A DNA stretch of 64,000 nucleotides from Protoeuglena noctilucae (taxonomy: Eukaryota). The stretch is from NCBI GenBank assembly GCA_958009085.1, contig OY253670.1, forward strand, positions 868,001-932,000. Reading direction: 5' to 3'. A program made the translations under genes and the position numbers. Positions 38,475-52,000 of the stretch are shown here, piece by piece (within the stretch, counting starts at the first letter, position 1; each line of letters opens with the position of its first letter). Below the pieces are notes generated by a model. The model was given only the letters and a program-made list of their open reading frames with translations. It had not been told where the DNA came from and made no database searches.

Positions 38475-39516
38475 ATTGGCACATGGATAGGCACGATTCA
38501 GACAGCTCTGCATCTGGTAGGGCTGTCATGCTGCCTGGCGGCCGCCTCGGCCCTCAGCGGCCCAGTGCCATGGGTCGCGGCGGAGAGGGTCGCAGAGGCG
38601 ATTGTCACGAAGTGGCCAGCGCGCGCGGCCCTTGTCCTGTTCGCAGCGTTCGCCACGTGAGCCCGCGGTGCCGTGCCACGAGCCTCGTGAGGCCCCGAAT
38701 TAGTTAGGCACCGAACGAGCACGGCGTCAACACTCTTCCGCTCTCAAACACGCAGGTGGACTTTCACGGGCGCGGTGCTAACGATGAGCATAGGCTTGCT
38801 CAAGGGGTTATGGGCAACCGAGCAGTCCCGCAACATGGACATGGAATCGGCGATGTGGGCTGCCCTGCTCGGCGGAACGAGCACAGTCGTCAGCGTGACG
38901 CTGCGCAGTCTCGCCGCTTCCATCCACGCGGCTGCACAGAGCGAGCGGTAAGGGTTGACCGCGGCGCGTAGTGCGTTGCCACGCCGCACCCTTGGACTGC
39001 GGGTGCCCTTCTGCCATGGTGGTCTCACGACCCCAGCGCCTGCCGCACCATGCAGTGAGGCCCAGGCGTTGGCCGAGAAGCTTGGGAAGGCGGAGGCGGA
39101 GCTGGTGCAGGCGAGGGAGTAGCTGCATGAGCGTAAGGAGCGGCTGGACCAAGCACGCGCGGCAGAGGCTGCGCTGGTGGAGCTGGAAAAGCAGGTGGAG
39201 GCGGCACAGAAGGAGGCCAAGACGGCGAGGGCCACCGTGGAGGCCATGCAGAGGCGAGTTTGGGCGGGGCAGCACTCTTTGCGCCCGTTTGGGCCACTTT
39301 GGGCGTGGTGGGCTCTGCGCTTGGGGTGGCGATCGTGACCGCGAGGCAGCTTGGTGGATCCGCCGCAGGCAGTCGGCGGGACTGGCGCGGGAATACGACC
39401 GCGTGTGCACGGAGATGGACAAGCTGGAGAAGAAACTTGCGAGATATGAGGGCGCGGACGGGGCGAAGGGGCTTGGCAATGGGAGTGCTAAGGACGAGGC
39501 TCGCAAGGACAAGTGA
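38475..39516 (+). CDS. BAP29/BAP31-like ER membrane protein; contains an in-frame TAG and has no obvious ATG start
   Basis: Three hydrophobic segments in exons 1-2, then a coiled coil ending VEAMQRQSAGLAREYDRV (Bap31 C-terminal motif) and a basic tail RKDK followed by TGA. Confidence 0.65.
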
Positions 39517-39791
39517 GAGCCTTGTTGTTGTCTTTTTTGTGTTATTGGGTTCTCCGGGTTGCCGGGTCCGTTCCTTGCCCCTGACATCACGCGTCAGGCT
39601 GGCGCCTAGGGCCTTGCGCAGCGCACGCTGCTGCAACAGCCTGTCCTCCACGCAGCCAGCGAGCTCTCGCTGCGAGTTTTCTGCTCCCGCGTCTTTCATA
39701 GCGACAGCTTCTATGCGCACAGCGCCGCCCTCGCAAGCATCCCGCACGCCACGCGCCCCTCGTCTGTGGTGCGCTCCACTCCCTCTCAGGG

Positions 39792-42272
39792 TCACGCCGC
39801 CACATTCTTAAACGCCTTCCACGCGTCGTTGTCGATGCGCTTGACCATCGCCTTGATCTGCTGCCCGGGGCCCAGCTCGTACATCTCCTTCTGCGGGAGG
39901 CGACCGTGGCTAGTGTACTCGACTGGGGTGGCAGCTGGTGAGACTCGACTGGTGTCACCCGTGACCCTGCCAGTCATGCATGCATCAGCTTGCCGCTACA
40001 GCCACTCGCCTTCTTCTCCTCCTGCGTCAGCGCGACGAGCGTGCGCTCCCACTGCACCGGCTCCACCAGCTGCCGCGCCAGCATAGCACGAATCACGTCC
40101 TTGCTCTCAAAAGGCCGCGCAGTCACGTTCGAGAAGACGGGGATGCGCGGCTCCCGGAACTGCGCGCGTGACGCGGTTGTAACGAGCTCCGGCTCATCTC
40201 AGCCCGCCGAGCATTGGACGCAGCTGGGGCTCAGGAGACCCGGGCAGCCCTAACCTCGACTTGCTCCAGCACCGCCGCCAGCTTCTCGCGGGCAGGCTGC
40301 ATGAGCGGGGTGTGGAAGGCGCCCGAGACTGCGAGGGGCATCGTCTTGAGGGCCCCGCGCTCGGACGCCAGCTTCTGCACCTCGTCCAGAGCCTTCTGCG
40401 CGCAGCCGATGCGACGTGCGGTCGTCATGGCCGCATCTTTCGTCAGGGTTAGGGTTATCTCCACCGCCGCAAGTGTGGATGCCAGCAAACATTGCAGCTA
40501 AACGTGCACTTTCCAGTGCGACTGAGAACCAAGTGCATGACATCTGACACTGCCCTGCGCCACTTGCCTTGTGCCCCGACACGACACGGCCCTGGGGGAA
40601 GAGCTTGTTGGCAATCTGGCACACGGTGTCGCTGCCCAGGGCGGCGCGGACCTCGGCGCAGATGGCCTCCAGCTTGGCGTCGTCGAGGCCGATCACGGAG
40701 AGCATCCCGTGGGGCTGCAGGGGCGTGGGGACGCATGCGATGGCTCATGCTTTCCAGCTGCTGCATGGGTCGCATCAAGAGACCCGCTCGAATGTCGCAT
40801 GCACGGAGCCACTTGCACACACCTGGCCCATCTTGGCGGCCTCTGCCATCGCCTCGGCACGCACTTTGACGACACGCATCGCGTCCTCGAACGACTGCGG
40901 TGAGCCAAGAGGGAGTTTAGGCTGGTCCGAAGCAGACCATTGATTTCCAAATGTACCAGAACGCGTTCCCAGCTATCTCACCATGGCGCCAGCAAACACC
41001 AGGGCCGAGTACTCTCCCAGGGACAGCCCTGCGCAGGCCGCGCACTGGTCGACGCTCTTGGGGTCCGACTGCCGCGCGACCTCGACGGCCGCCATGCCCG
41101 CGAGGAGGAGGGCCGGCTGGGCGTGGACGGTGTCGTCCAGTCGCTCCTTGGGGCCATTCTGGCAGACGTCCAGCAGGTCATACCCCAGCACGCGGTTGGC
41201 CGTCTCCACCAGGGCCTTGACGGCGGGGAGGTCCTTGGACTGCGAGAGCATGCCCACGGCCTGCGAGCCCTGACCGGGGAACAAAAAGGCAATGGGGCCG
41301 GGGGGGACCGCCGGCCGCGCCGCCGCGGGGGCCGCAACAGGCGCCGCCGGCGTGTTGGTGGAGAGGGCCAGGCGGGCCGCCCTCTTCGCCAGGCGCTTGG
41401 CACGGTTCTCCTGCTCCTCCCTGGCCCGCCGGTCGACCTCGGGGTACAGCGGGGCGTAGTCCCGCGCCCACTGCGCCACGTGCTCCTGGCCGTAGTCGTA
41501 CAGCGCCCACCAGTCCCCGATGTCCGCGTGGGGCACTCGTTTCTTGGGCACGTCCTGCGCGGAGAGCGGGAAGGTCGCTTCTCAATCTAGCATAGCCGCG
41601 TTCCCGGCGTGTCATGGTGGCACCATCACACGCGGCTCGCCTTGTACTTCTCCTCCAGCGCAGCCAGCTTCTCCCGCATGTTCTCCTGGGCGATCTGGAT
41701 CGGGGTCTTGCGCCCCGGGTTCAGGTACGGCTCGTAGTCCTCGGTCTCGACGTTGGGGTCCGCGCCACGGCTGCGTGCGTGGGTCGGGGTGGCGCGTGTG
41801 ACCCCCGGCGCTGCCTGGTGGCGCGGGAAGGGCATGGTAGGGGCGCAGCGCACCTGAGCAGGTACTCGTAGATCTCCAGGTACCCGTTGAGGTGGGAGAG
41901 ATAGGCGGCGCGATGGAGGGGCGTCATCCCCTTCTGGTCCCGCTGGTTGATCTCCGCGCCCAGGTTGAGGAGGTGGTGGACCATGTCCAGCTGGCGGTTC
42001 GTCGTCGCGAAGTGCAGCGGCGCGCCCGCCCCGTTGTCTTGCGTGATGAAGTAGGGGTCGACAGCCATCACCTTGGCCAGCATCTCGGGGTCACCCAACC
42101 GGGCGCAGCTGCGGGGAGAGTTGGGATATGAAGGCGCAAAGTCAATCTACGACACGCATAGAAACATTTCGTTGCTTGGACTCGCCCCTGCGCGACGGCA
42201 CCTGTAAAAGATGAAGGGGTGGAAGCGCGGCGTGGGCGGGTACCGCCCCATCCCCGTCATGTCGCGAGGCAT
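39792..42272 (-). CDS. Ankyrin repeat + malonyl-CoA:ACP transacylase (FabD/AT) fusion protein
   Basis: Ankyrin repeats GAPLHFA..NLGAEINQRDQKGMTPLHRAA splice in frame (YK|DVPKKRVPH) to AFLFPGQGSQAVGM, AQPAL, AGLSLGEYSAL, AVSGAFHTPLM, QLVEPVQW and YELGPG. Confidence 0.88.
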
Positions 42273-43069
42273 CCCGTCCTGTGAGTCAGATCCTGCACAC
42301 AGATGCGAGGGCGTCGCTCGGTCACTGGTGGGGGCCGTCGAAGCGCGGTTGGCACGGGAGCTCGCGGAGAAGACCAAAAGACACAATCAAGCCTCCACGC
42401 TTCGGGACAGCCACAACGCGCGACGCGAGACGCTGCGCCTATGACACAGCGTTTAAATAACAGCAGCTGTGCGGGAGAAGGGGTCGCTGCGGCGCCCACG
42501 CGGCGCAAGGGCCGCACCTTCGCTGCCGTGGGCCGGGACTTGTGCCTGGTGCTTGGCTGCAGCAGCAGGGCAATGGCTTAATTCGACGAGCTCTGGCGAT
42601 CCGTCGGCGACGGCAGCGCGCGGTCGGTGGATGAGAAAAGCCGAGCCAGTGAAAGGTGACACCGCCCGTATCTGCGTGGCCAAAATCCTCGTCAGGGACA
42701 GGCATGTGGTTGCAAGAATTAGCATGTGCGCGTGCCGAAGGTCGGCTATTTCGCTCTGGTTCCCTTTCAGAGACACACATTGCCAGGTCTGTTGAGCCGA
42801 GCGAAGGATTAGGGGAGCTTCTTCTGTAGATGGGCGAAGGAGCAGACAACGGCCGCGCTCGCAACGTCATCGGGCGTAACCGTCCGGCGAAGTCCCGGCT
42901 ACTGCGCCCATCCCGCTGTAGGGGCGTGATGCGCCCCGGAGACACGCATCTGGCGGCCTGCTGTCGGTGCTGAGGGACGGTGTTTACTGACTTACTTCCT
43001 TGCCGTCGTCCGGGTCCCCCCGGCGGGTTGGATGGGCGCGTAGGCCTCGGGGAACTGCGCGCGGGCGCA

Positions 43070-46000
43070 ATGAGCCCGACGTCTCAAGGCCCGGTGCTCG
43101 CCGTGGCGCCCTCCGTCAAGAACATGTCGGCAGTGGACGGAGGATCGTCGTACGCGGCCGTCGCGGCCCAGCCACCAGGTGCGGACGCGGCTCGGGCCCA
43201 GAGTGTGACACCTCACGTCGCAGGGCCCGTGCGCCCTCTGGTGGTTGCCAACTCGCGGTCTATGCATCGCGTACCGTCGCATCATGCGTTCAGCTTTTCC
43301 CATCGCGTGGCCGACGCGCCTGGAGACGGCGTCGCCTGCCATCGGGCCCGTGGCAGAGGCGGCCCTGACTTTTGCTGCCCGTCCCACCCTCCGCAGCGAG
43401 GACGGTCGCGCAAAGGGAGGTGTTCTTCAACGTCTTTCAGCAGCTTGCATTAGCGTGGAACCAAGAGGCGAGGGCTGTCCGCAGGCCTGCGTTGCGACCG
43501 GTGTGCGTGGGTCCTGTCCCGCGTCCCGCGTTCTGGGCTCGCCGCGCGCTCGGTATCTCTGCCAGCAAACCGCGTATACCTTTTCCTTGCGTTGCAGGAG
43601 GGCACCATCCGGCGCGTGGGCCAGTTGAGGCTGGGCCAGGTGCTCTCAGCCGAGATGCGCGACCTCTCCAGCGACTACAAGCAGGCTCTCCTGCAGTCGC
43701 TCTTCTCCCGCATCTCCCAGTGCGTGCACTCAAATGAGAACCGCCTCGTGCTGGCCGGTATCCTCGCCGTCGACGATCTGATCGACTGCGATGCATTGGG
43801 CGACAAGGCCTCCGGTGCGCCCCCGACGCATCCGGCACGCGCGCAGCTGTCCACAGCTTGCCTTCCCTTACGTGTTCACTCGATCTACTCGCAGGCACTG
43901 CGCGGATGGCGCGCCTGCTGCGGGCAGCCTTGGAGGCCCCGGTTCCCAAAGCCATCATCAAGCAAGCGGCGGCCACCCTGGGGCGCCTCGTCCACGCTGG
44001 GGGCGCCACGACCGCGGACATCGGTAAGCGCGGCCCGCACGAGCGACCTGGCGCGGTGTCTGCTTTAGGGGGGCCACTGACACGTGCGGCTCGCCCTACC
44101 TCGCCCGCAGTCGAGCAGAGCGTGCAGAAGGCAATGGAGAACCTCCGTCCCGACAAACCCGAGATGCGGCGCTACGCTGCGGCGGTCATCCTCGGGGAGA
44201 TGGCCCAGAACGCTCCCGCGGTGTTCAACGTGCACGTTCGCGCCTTCATCGAGCACGTGTGGGCGGTGCTGCGGGACCCTAAGCTCGAGTTGCGGCGCGT
44301 CGGGATGCTCGCTCTCCGGTGCGCAGCTGCGGACGAGGGCCGAGTTGTTCGCGGCGGCGGTCGCGTTCCAAGGCGCGGCCCTACCCCGTGACCAGCACGC
44401 GTGCAACGCCATCCACGTCGCGCGCCCCCGCAGGGAGTGCCTGCGCCTGGTGGAGAAGCGCGAGACGCGGTATCGAGTGCAGTGGTACTATCGCCTGTTC
44501 GAGGAGACCCAGCGGGGCCTGCAGCCGGGCGCATCTGCGGCGGCCATCCACGGGTCGCTCCTGGCCATGGGCGAGATGCTGCGGCACACGGGGGAGTTCA
44601 TGCTCGCGCGGTACCGCGAAGTGGTCTCCACGGGTGAGCGGCGCTGTTCACGCCACGCGGATGGCGTGTTGAGGGTGACGGGCAGGCGCACGCGTGTCGC
44701 TCATGGTTTGCCCCGTCGCGATGCCTGACCGCAGTGATCCGCTTCAAAGATTCGGAGGACCGGGTGGTGCGCAACCAGGTGAACGTCCTGTTGCCCAAGC
44801 TCGCCACCTTCTCGCCGGAGCGCTTCTCCCTGTCCTACCTCCCCGTCTGGTGAGACCGCCCTTGCACGAGACTGCCCACGGGAGCTCCCAGCCCGCACTC
44901 CGCAGGAACCTGGCAGCGTGAACGGTACTTGCTTTTCGAACATCGCCCGCAGCGAGCAGCACTTGATCTCGGTCCTGGACAAGGCGGACGAGCGGGAGGC
45001 GGGGTTTCAGGCTCTGGCGGCCATCGCCCTGGCGGTGCCGGGGACCAAGCACGGGCCCCGGGCGCTGTCCAAGCACCTGCCGCAGATCGCCAGTCATGTC
45101 CTCGCGGCGCTGCAGGACAAGAACAACCCCAAGGTACCCTCACCTGAGCCCTGTGCTGAAGCATTTCTCGCTGCGCTGGACGGGCCACGCAGGGTGGGCG
45201 CAAGTGCAAGTGGCTGTGCCTTGACGAGTGTCGATGCCGCCGCGCTCGCAGACGGCGCAGGAGGCCATTAAGTGCGCGGGGGCGTTTGCCGAGGCGGTGG
45301 GGTCGGCGTGGAGCACGCACGTGTCGCCGCTCCTGCCACGCATGTTCGATCCCGGGCTGACGAGCACGCTGGTGCAGAGCCTATCGCGCATCATGAAGAA
45401 CATCCCGGCCCTGACTCCGGCGATCCAGGCCGAGATGAAGAACGCCATCAGCGCGTTGCTGGCGGGGGTGCCGTTCCGAGACGCGGTCGGCACGCCCGGC
45501 AAGCCGTCCCCGGTGCCCTGGCGCCCCAGCGAGTCGACCGCGCACCTGATGCTCGCCATCACCACGCTCGGGTCCTTCAACCTCGCCTCGGAGAACATCT
45601 TCAGGTCAGCCCTCAGCGCCTACGCGCCATGGCGCCTGCTGCCCCGGATATCCTCACGTGCTGGTCATGTCATGTGCACGCGTGGTGCCGCGGAGGGTGC
45701 AGTTCATTCCATGACATGGCTCATCGCGGCTGCTGAGCCGTGAATGCGTGCTCGTCGCTCCTCGCCCCCAGTGCTGAGTGGCATCAGCTGCTGGACTTCG
45801 CCCAGAGAGTCGTGTCGACCTTCCTGCACCACCGCGTCGCGGAGATCCGGTGAGAACGAAAGGACAGCGGCAGATTGTCAGGAATTGCATTTCTGACCGA
45901 GACAGGACAATTCCCTCAGTCCTGGTGCTCTTTGTCGTCTCCTTGCGAGTGGAACCTGTCTTGGCGACCCTTCTGCAAGCGCTGCCCGCCAGCCTCGCGC

Positions 46001-49000
46001 TGCTCTCCGCCCCCGCAGCAAGGCCGCGGCCGTATCTAGCACGCGTCTGATGGACGACCACGCCTCGCGGCAGGGCGAGGTGGCCCCGGACCTGGCGACC
46101 GACAGTGGCCCGTTGTCGGCCTCCCTCAACCACCTCTTCCAGACCCGCTCCGCCCTGATCGAGCACATCGTGGGGCAGCTGGTGCACGCGGCGGTGACGG
46201 ACGAGGACTCGGCGGTGCGCGTGGCCATCCTCCGGGAGCTCAACCGCGCCCCCGCCCTCACGCCCAGCCTGGCTCAGCCCGAGGCACTGCGCTGCCTCTT
46301 CATCGCGCTCAACGACGAGTGCATCGACGTCCGCTCCCTCGCCGTCTCCATGGCCGGGCGCCTCAGCCAAGTCAACCCCGCCTACTGCCTCCCGGTGCTG
46401 CGTCGGTACCTGATGGTCACGCTCTCCGACGTGCGCAACTCCCCCGACGTCGCCAGCCAGGCCCAGTCGGCCACGCTGCTCGGCGTCCTGGTCCGCAGCG
46501 CCCCCGCGCTCTCCGCTTCCTACATTCGCGCCGTGGCCACCACTTTGGCCACGCAGCTGGCGGCGGCACTGCGGGCGGTCCAGGAGCACGCCTCCCCACC
46601 CGAGGCTCACTTGCTGATGCAGCTCCTCGTCACCGTCGGGTGGCTCGCCGAGGTCGTCAACAAGGCACTGGCGCCGTTCGCGTGGGAGCTCATCAACGTG
46701 ACGATCGAGGCGAGTCGGTGGGCCGTACGGGGGCGGTGGCATGGGTCATGTGGTTTGGCAGCTCAGACCCGGTGGCAACCTAGATGTATCTATGCGTTGT
46801 TTCTATATGGCAATGCCGTACATGGGGCCTTGCGATGGGTTTCCTAAACACACACGGGTGCCCTGCTAGTTGCCGACCCGCCGACCAGTACCAGGCGATC
46901 GGCTGACTTGCATGATACGCCCCACCCTGCCCATGTCGTTTCCGCAGGCCATGGAGGAGTCGAGCGGCCTCGTCAAGAAGCACGTGCCAGTGTCCACGCT
47001 GAGTCAGCTGGCCAAGCACTGCACGTGCGCCATGAAGCCGTACCACCGACACCCCCGCCTCATGCCACTCCTCTTGAGGCTGCTGCACGGCGGAGACCAG
47101 AGGTGAGACATGTCGTCTGAAGTGGTTCCTGAGAGATTGCGACCCAGCCTGCAGCCGCGAACAGTCCCGCTGCATGCACGGCTTAGCCCGACTTCGCGTC
47201 CACGCCAGGGCTGCCCTGCGCAGTTGCACTTGTTGTTATTATACCCTCTCGCATCTTCTCATCATGCTCCCCGCTGCCACTTGGCGGGCAGCTCAGGCAA
47301 CCCTGCCCCGTGCCATCATGCATACTGCTTTCCGCCGCCGCAGGACGCGCCAGGCCGTGATCCGGGCCCTGGGGGTCCTGGGGGCCCTGGACCCGTACAT
47401 CCACAAGCTCAACCACGCGTCCCTGTCGGGAGAGGGCAGGCTGGAGCAGGAGGGCGTGCGGGCGTTGAAGAACCGGCAGGAGATGCCCAACCGTGCCGCA
47501 CGCAGCCGAGGCCCGCCCTCGCTCATCGAGATGGCGGCCCTCAGTCAGGCGGGGGAGGGCGAGGGCATGGAGCGGCCCTTGCAGGAGGAGGTGGAGCTGA
47601 TCCCCATCACAGGTGAGCACTGCCTTTGGGGTCTTTCACTCCATGGATACCCCGGCTGGTGCTGCTGGCTGCGTCACGCCGCTCGAGCGTCCTTTCTGCT
47701 ATCAAGGCACCGCTACGCGCCCGCAGGCCTCATGACGTCGTCCCCGGACTTCTTCCCGGCGGTGGCGATCAATGCTCTGGTCCGCATTCTCATCGACCCC
47801 AGCATGACGTCCCACCGCAAGGCGGCCGTGGTGAGTGCGTGACTTGAGAACATGGCGGGTCAGGATGCGATAACACGCAACATGTGCCATACTAATCTCA
47901 TCGTGCCATCGTCGAGAACGCAAAGCGCGTGATAAGCCAGCACGTATAAGCCAGCATCTGTCAAGCTCTGTCGTGTCCCGCTGCACTGCACTGCACCTCG
48001 CATCGCCATCTCCGCCCCGCCGTCGCCCCCGCAGTCCTCCCTCATGTACATCTTCAAGGCCATGAAGATGCAGTGCGTCTCCTTCCTCCCTCGCCTCCTG
48101 CCGCTGCTCCTGCAAATCGCGCGAGGGCCCGACGCCACGCTGCGCAGGGGCCTCCTGGAGCAGCTGGCGCTGATCGTGTCAGTGGTACGCCAGCACTCGC
48201 GCAAGTACGTCGGGGTCCTCATGGGCGCCGTCGAGGAGTTCTGGGCACCCGGGTCGCCTCTCATCCCGACGCTCCTGGAGTTGGTGCTGCAACTGAGCCT
48301 CTACGCAGCCGGTGAGTCAACGTTGCCATACGCTGGTGTAATAGTACAGGATCGCCCCACTCTCTTTGTCGATTGTATCCAGAGTTCCACTGTGTAACGA
48401 ACCCAACATGCAGATAGTATGGGCGCCGCTATGCACATCGCACCACACTCGCGCCCGCTCCCAGACGACATGCCCAAGTACATCCCGATGCTGCTGCCCA
48501 AGATCTCTGGCATCTTTTCCGAGGCCAACCGCACCTCCAACTACGCCTTTGTGCTGCCCACCCTCAACGTCGTCACCTGCCTCGGTGCCGCCCTCGAGGA
48601 CTTCCTCCACATCCTGCTGCCCGCCATCGGTGAGTGCATGGCGGCACAGCTTAGCTCGACATATCTCAGCTCGATCGTTGAGCTGTGCTCCATTGTGCAT
48701 GCGATGTGCGCTTGGGCATGCGATGTGCCCTGGGCATGTGAAGCGAGCCTTCAGTTCCGCGGCCTGCTCTCCGCCCGCAGTGGACTTCGTGACGCCGTCG
48801 TCCGGGGCTCCCCAGGAGGTCCACATGGCGGCCCTGCAGACCATGTGCCGCGTGCTGCCGAGCATACGCCTCACGGGCTACCTGTCTGCCGTCGTCCACC
48901 CCCTCATCCGCGCCCTTACGGACCCCAACACTACTCCAGGCGAGCGACACGCGACTCTCTTCCAATCCATGGACATTCCCGCAACATCGCTGGCAATGGG

Positions 49001-52000
49001 GTCCGAGCGTGCTAGCCCCAACTGCGCGGCAGGGTGGCCTTGCCCTGACACCCATTGCGTCCCTTCCCACCAAGTGACCCTCGACCCCTGCTCCCGCAGA
49101 GTACGGCGAGGAGATCATGCGCGCTCTGGCCGTGCTGCTGCCTGCCGTGGGTCCTGAGTCGGCGTTCTTCGGTCCGCTGATCCTCAAATCCATGGGCGAC
49201 GCGGCAGGGAAGACGAGGCAGGCGCAGAGGGTGATGAAGCTGCTGGCGGCGGCGCAGGCGGGGCCGCTGACAGAGGACGTAACCGTGGACGGCCTGGGTG
49301 ACGGTGCGGGCGACCCCGGTGCGGGACCGGGCCCGGGGGCATCGACGGCGCCGGAGGGGCCCATGGAGACGCTGGTGGTGAACGAGATCCACTTGCGCCG
49401 CGCCTGGGTGTCGTCGGATCGATCGACGAAGGAGGACTGGGTCGAGTGGCTGAGGAACTTCTCCGTCGAGCTGCTCAAGGAGTCGCCCAGCCCGGCCCTC
49501 CGCGCGTGCTACCAGCTGGCCCAGGCGCAGCCCCGCATGGCCCGGGAGCTCTTCGCCGCGGGGTTCGTGTCCTGCTGGCTGCAGCTGACGCAGTCGACGC
49601 AGGAGCAGCTCGTGCGGTCGCTGGAGGCAGCCCTGGCGTCGCCCAGCATCCCGCCCGAGATCGTGACGGCGCTGCTCAACCTGGCAGAGTTCATGGAGCA
49701 CGACGAGAAAGCCCTGCCGCTCGACTTCCGCACGCTGGGCGTGTTGGCCGAGAAGTGCCAGGCGTACGCCAAGGCGCTGCACTACAAGGAGTTGGAGTTC
49801 GAGTCCACGCCCGACGCGGCGGTCGAGCCGCTCATCTCCATCAACAACCAGCTGCACCAGCCGGAGGCGGCCATCGGGATGCTCGAGTACGCCCGCCGGG
49901 AGCTGCACATGAACCTGAAGGACTCGTGGTACGAGAAGCTGCAGCGGTGGGACGAGGCACTTGAGGCATATGCACGGCGCATGGCGGGGCTGGCGCCGGG
50001 GACCCCCGCGTACCTGGAGGCGCTGCTGGGGCGGCTGCGGTGCCTGGCGGCGTTAGGGGAGTGGGACGAGCTCGCGCGGCTGTGCCGGGACTCCTGGGCG
50101 ATGGTCGAGCCGTACGTGCGGAGGGACGTGGCGATCCTGGGAGCCTACGCCAGCTGGAACATCGCGAAGTGGGACGACATGGCGGACTATACCGACTCAA
50201 TTAAGGTCCGGAGCGGCCAGGACGCCCCCGCCACGGCCCTCTTCCTGAGCGCGGTGATCAGCGCCAAGCAGGGCAACTACGCGGCGTCGCTCAACCTGGT
50301 GGAGCGCGCCCGGGACACCCTCAGCACCGACCTGGCCGCGCTGGTCGGGGAGAGCTACGACCGGGCCTACACGGACGTCGTGCGCGTGCAGCAGCTGGCC
50401 GAGTTGGAGGAGGCAGTGGACTACCTCATGGCGCAGGTGAGGAGGGGTAGGGATGGGGAGCAGGGGTGGTAGCATGCATGGGTGGAAGTATGCTTGGGCC
50501 CCTGCAAGCCCCTCAGCAACGAGGCCTGGTTCTGACCTTAGCGCTAGGTGGGTGGCGTCACACGCGACGTGCGTTACGCTGTCACGAACACACCCAATGA
50601 TACCGCAACATATCGCTGACATATCGCTAATACTATCTGCTGCTCTGTCATTAGCAGGAGCGCGGCACCCCCGCGGACGCTGACCGTTGCCAGGCGATCC
50701 GCGAGCTGTGGCAGCAGCGGATGCACGGGGTGCAGAAGAACGTGGACGTGTGGCAGGCGGTGCTGTCGGTGCGGTCGCTGGTGCTGCCGCCCGAGGGCGA
50801 CTCGGAGACCTGGGTCAAATTCGCGTCGTTGTGTAGGAAGAGCGGCCGCGTGCGGCAGGCACAGCGCACCCTGTCGCGGCTCATGGAGGCGCCTCTGGGG
50901 GTCCTCGAGCGCCGCCGCGTGCAGTACTCCTGGCTCAAGCACCTTTGGTACACCGGGCAGAGGGACATGGCGTTCAAGGAGCTGGCGGAGCTCAGGCTCG
51001 ACCTGGTGCAGGCGAGGGATAAGGCATGGGGGTGTTGTGCACAGGCGAGGGATAAGGCATGGGGTGCCTGGTCACGCAGCAAGCACGGTGGTGGAGCGGC
51101 AGGAATTGAGCTAGAGGGTCTGTCTTTATTGAGGCAAATGTGCGGGGCATTGGCTGATGCACGGCCGAGAGCGGTGCGTGCAGGCAGCGAGCGCAGACAA
51201 GGGCGGGGCGGTCGACGGTGGGGCGCACGGCCAGCTGACACCCGCGCCGTCGTCGCGGGGCCTCAACGTCCCGACTTTCACCGACGACGCGGACCGCAAG
51301 GCGAGTCTTCAAGGCATTTATGCAGTGCCATGCATCGTTGGTTGGTTCCGAAGTGGGTGTAGTTAGTTCTCTGTGTAACCAACGCCGCCGTACCTGTCGT
51401 GACTGCTCCTTATCCGCCCGGCCCCCGTTGCCGCCACCACCACCACCTCTCTTCTACTCTCTCCGCAGCCGTCGGCCGGCACGCCGTCTCTCCTGTCCCG
51501 CATCGCTCTCCGGCTGGGCCTGTGGCGCTGGAGCCGCGCGCAGGGCCTCCTGGACGACCAGGTCGTGGGCGACGTGATCAAGCTGCTGCACCAGAGCACG
51601 GTGGACTCGCCGCAGTGGGGCAAGGCCTGGCACAACTGGGCGCTCTTCAATGTGGCGGCCCTGAACCACTTCACGCGCGGCCCTGAGGGGCAGCCCAGGG
51701 ACGTTTCCGAGGACGAGATGCACCATTTGAGCAGTACGTACGTCACGGCGGCCATCCGAGGGTTCTTCCAGTCCATCGCCCTGGCGCAGTCGGCTCCGGC
51801 GGACGCGAGGCCGCACGGCCCGGCCCGGGGCGCGGGGGCGCTGCAGGACATCCTGAGGCTGCTGACGCTGTGGTTCAACCACGGCTCGACGCCCGAGGTG
51901 CAGAGGGCGCTGCAGGAGGGGTTCCTGTCCGTGCGCGTCGAGACGTGGCTGGCGGTCATCCCGCAGATCATCGCGCGCATCCACACCAACATCCAGGCGA

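Noticed and set aside
39111..39122. 12-nt GC-AG micro-intron that would remove the BAP31 TAG exactly
   Set aside because: It is shorter than any spliceosomal intron I know of and far shorter than the other introns here. There is no room for a branch point.
43468..43501. Additional GC donor in TOR exon 2
   Set aside because: An in-phase GT donor at 43501 fits equally well, so it was left out of the GC-AG count. The 51012 site was left out for the same reason.
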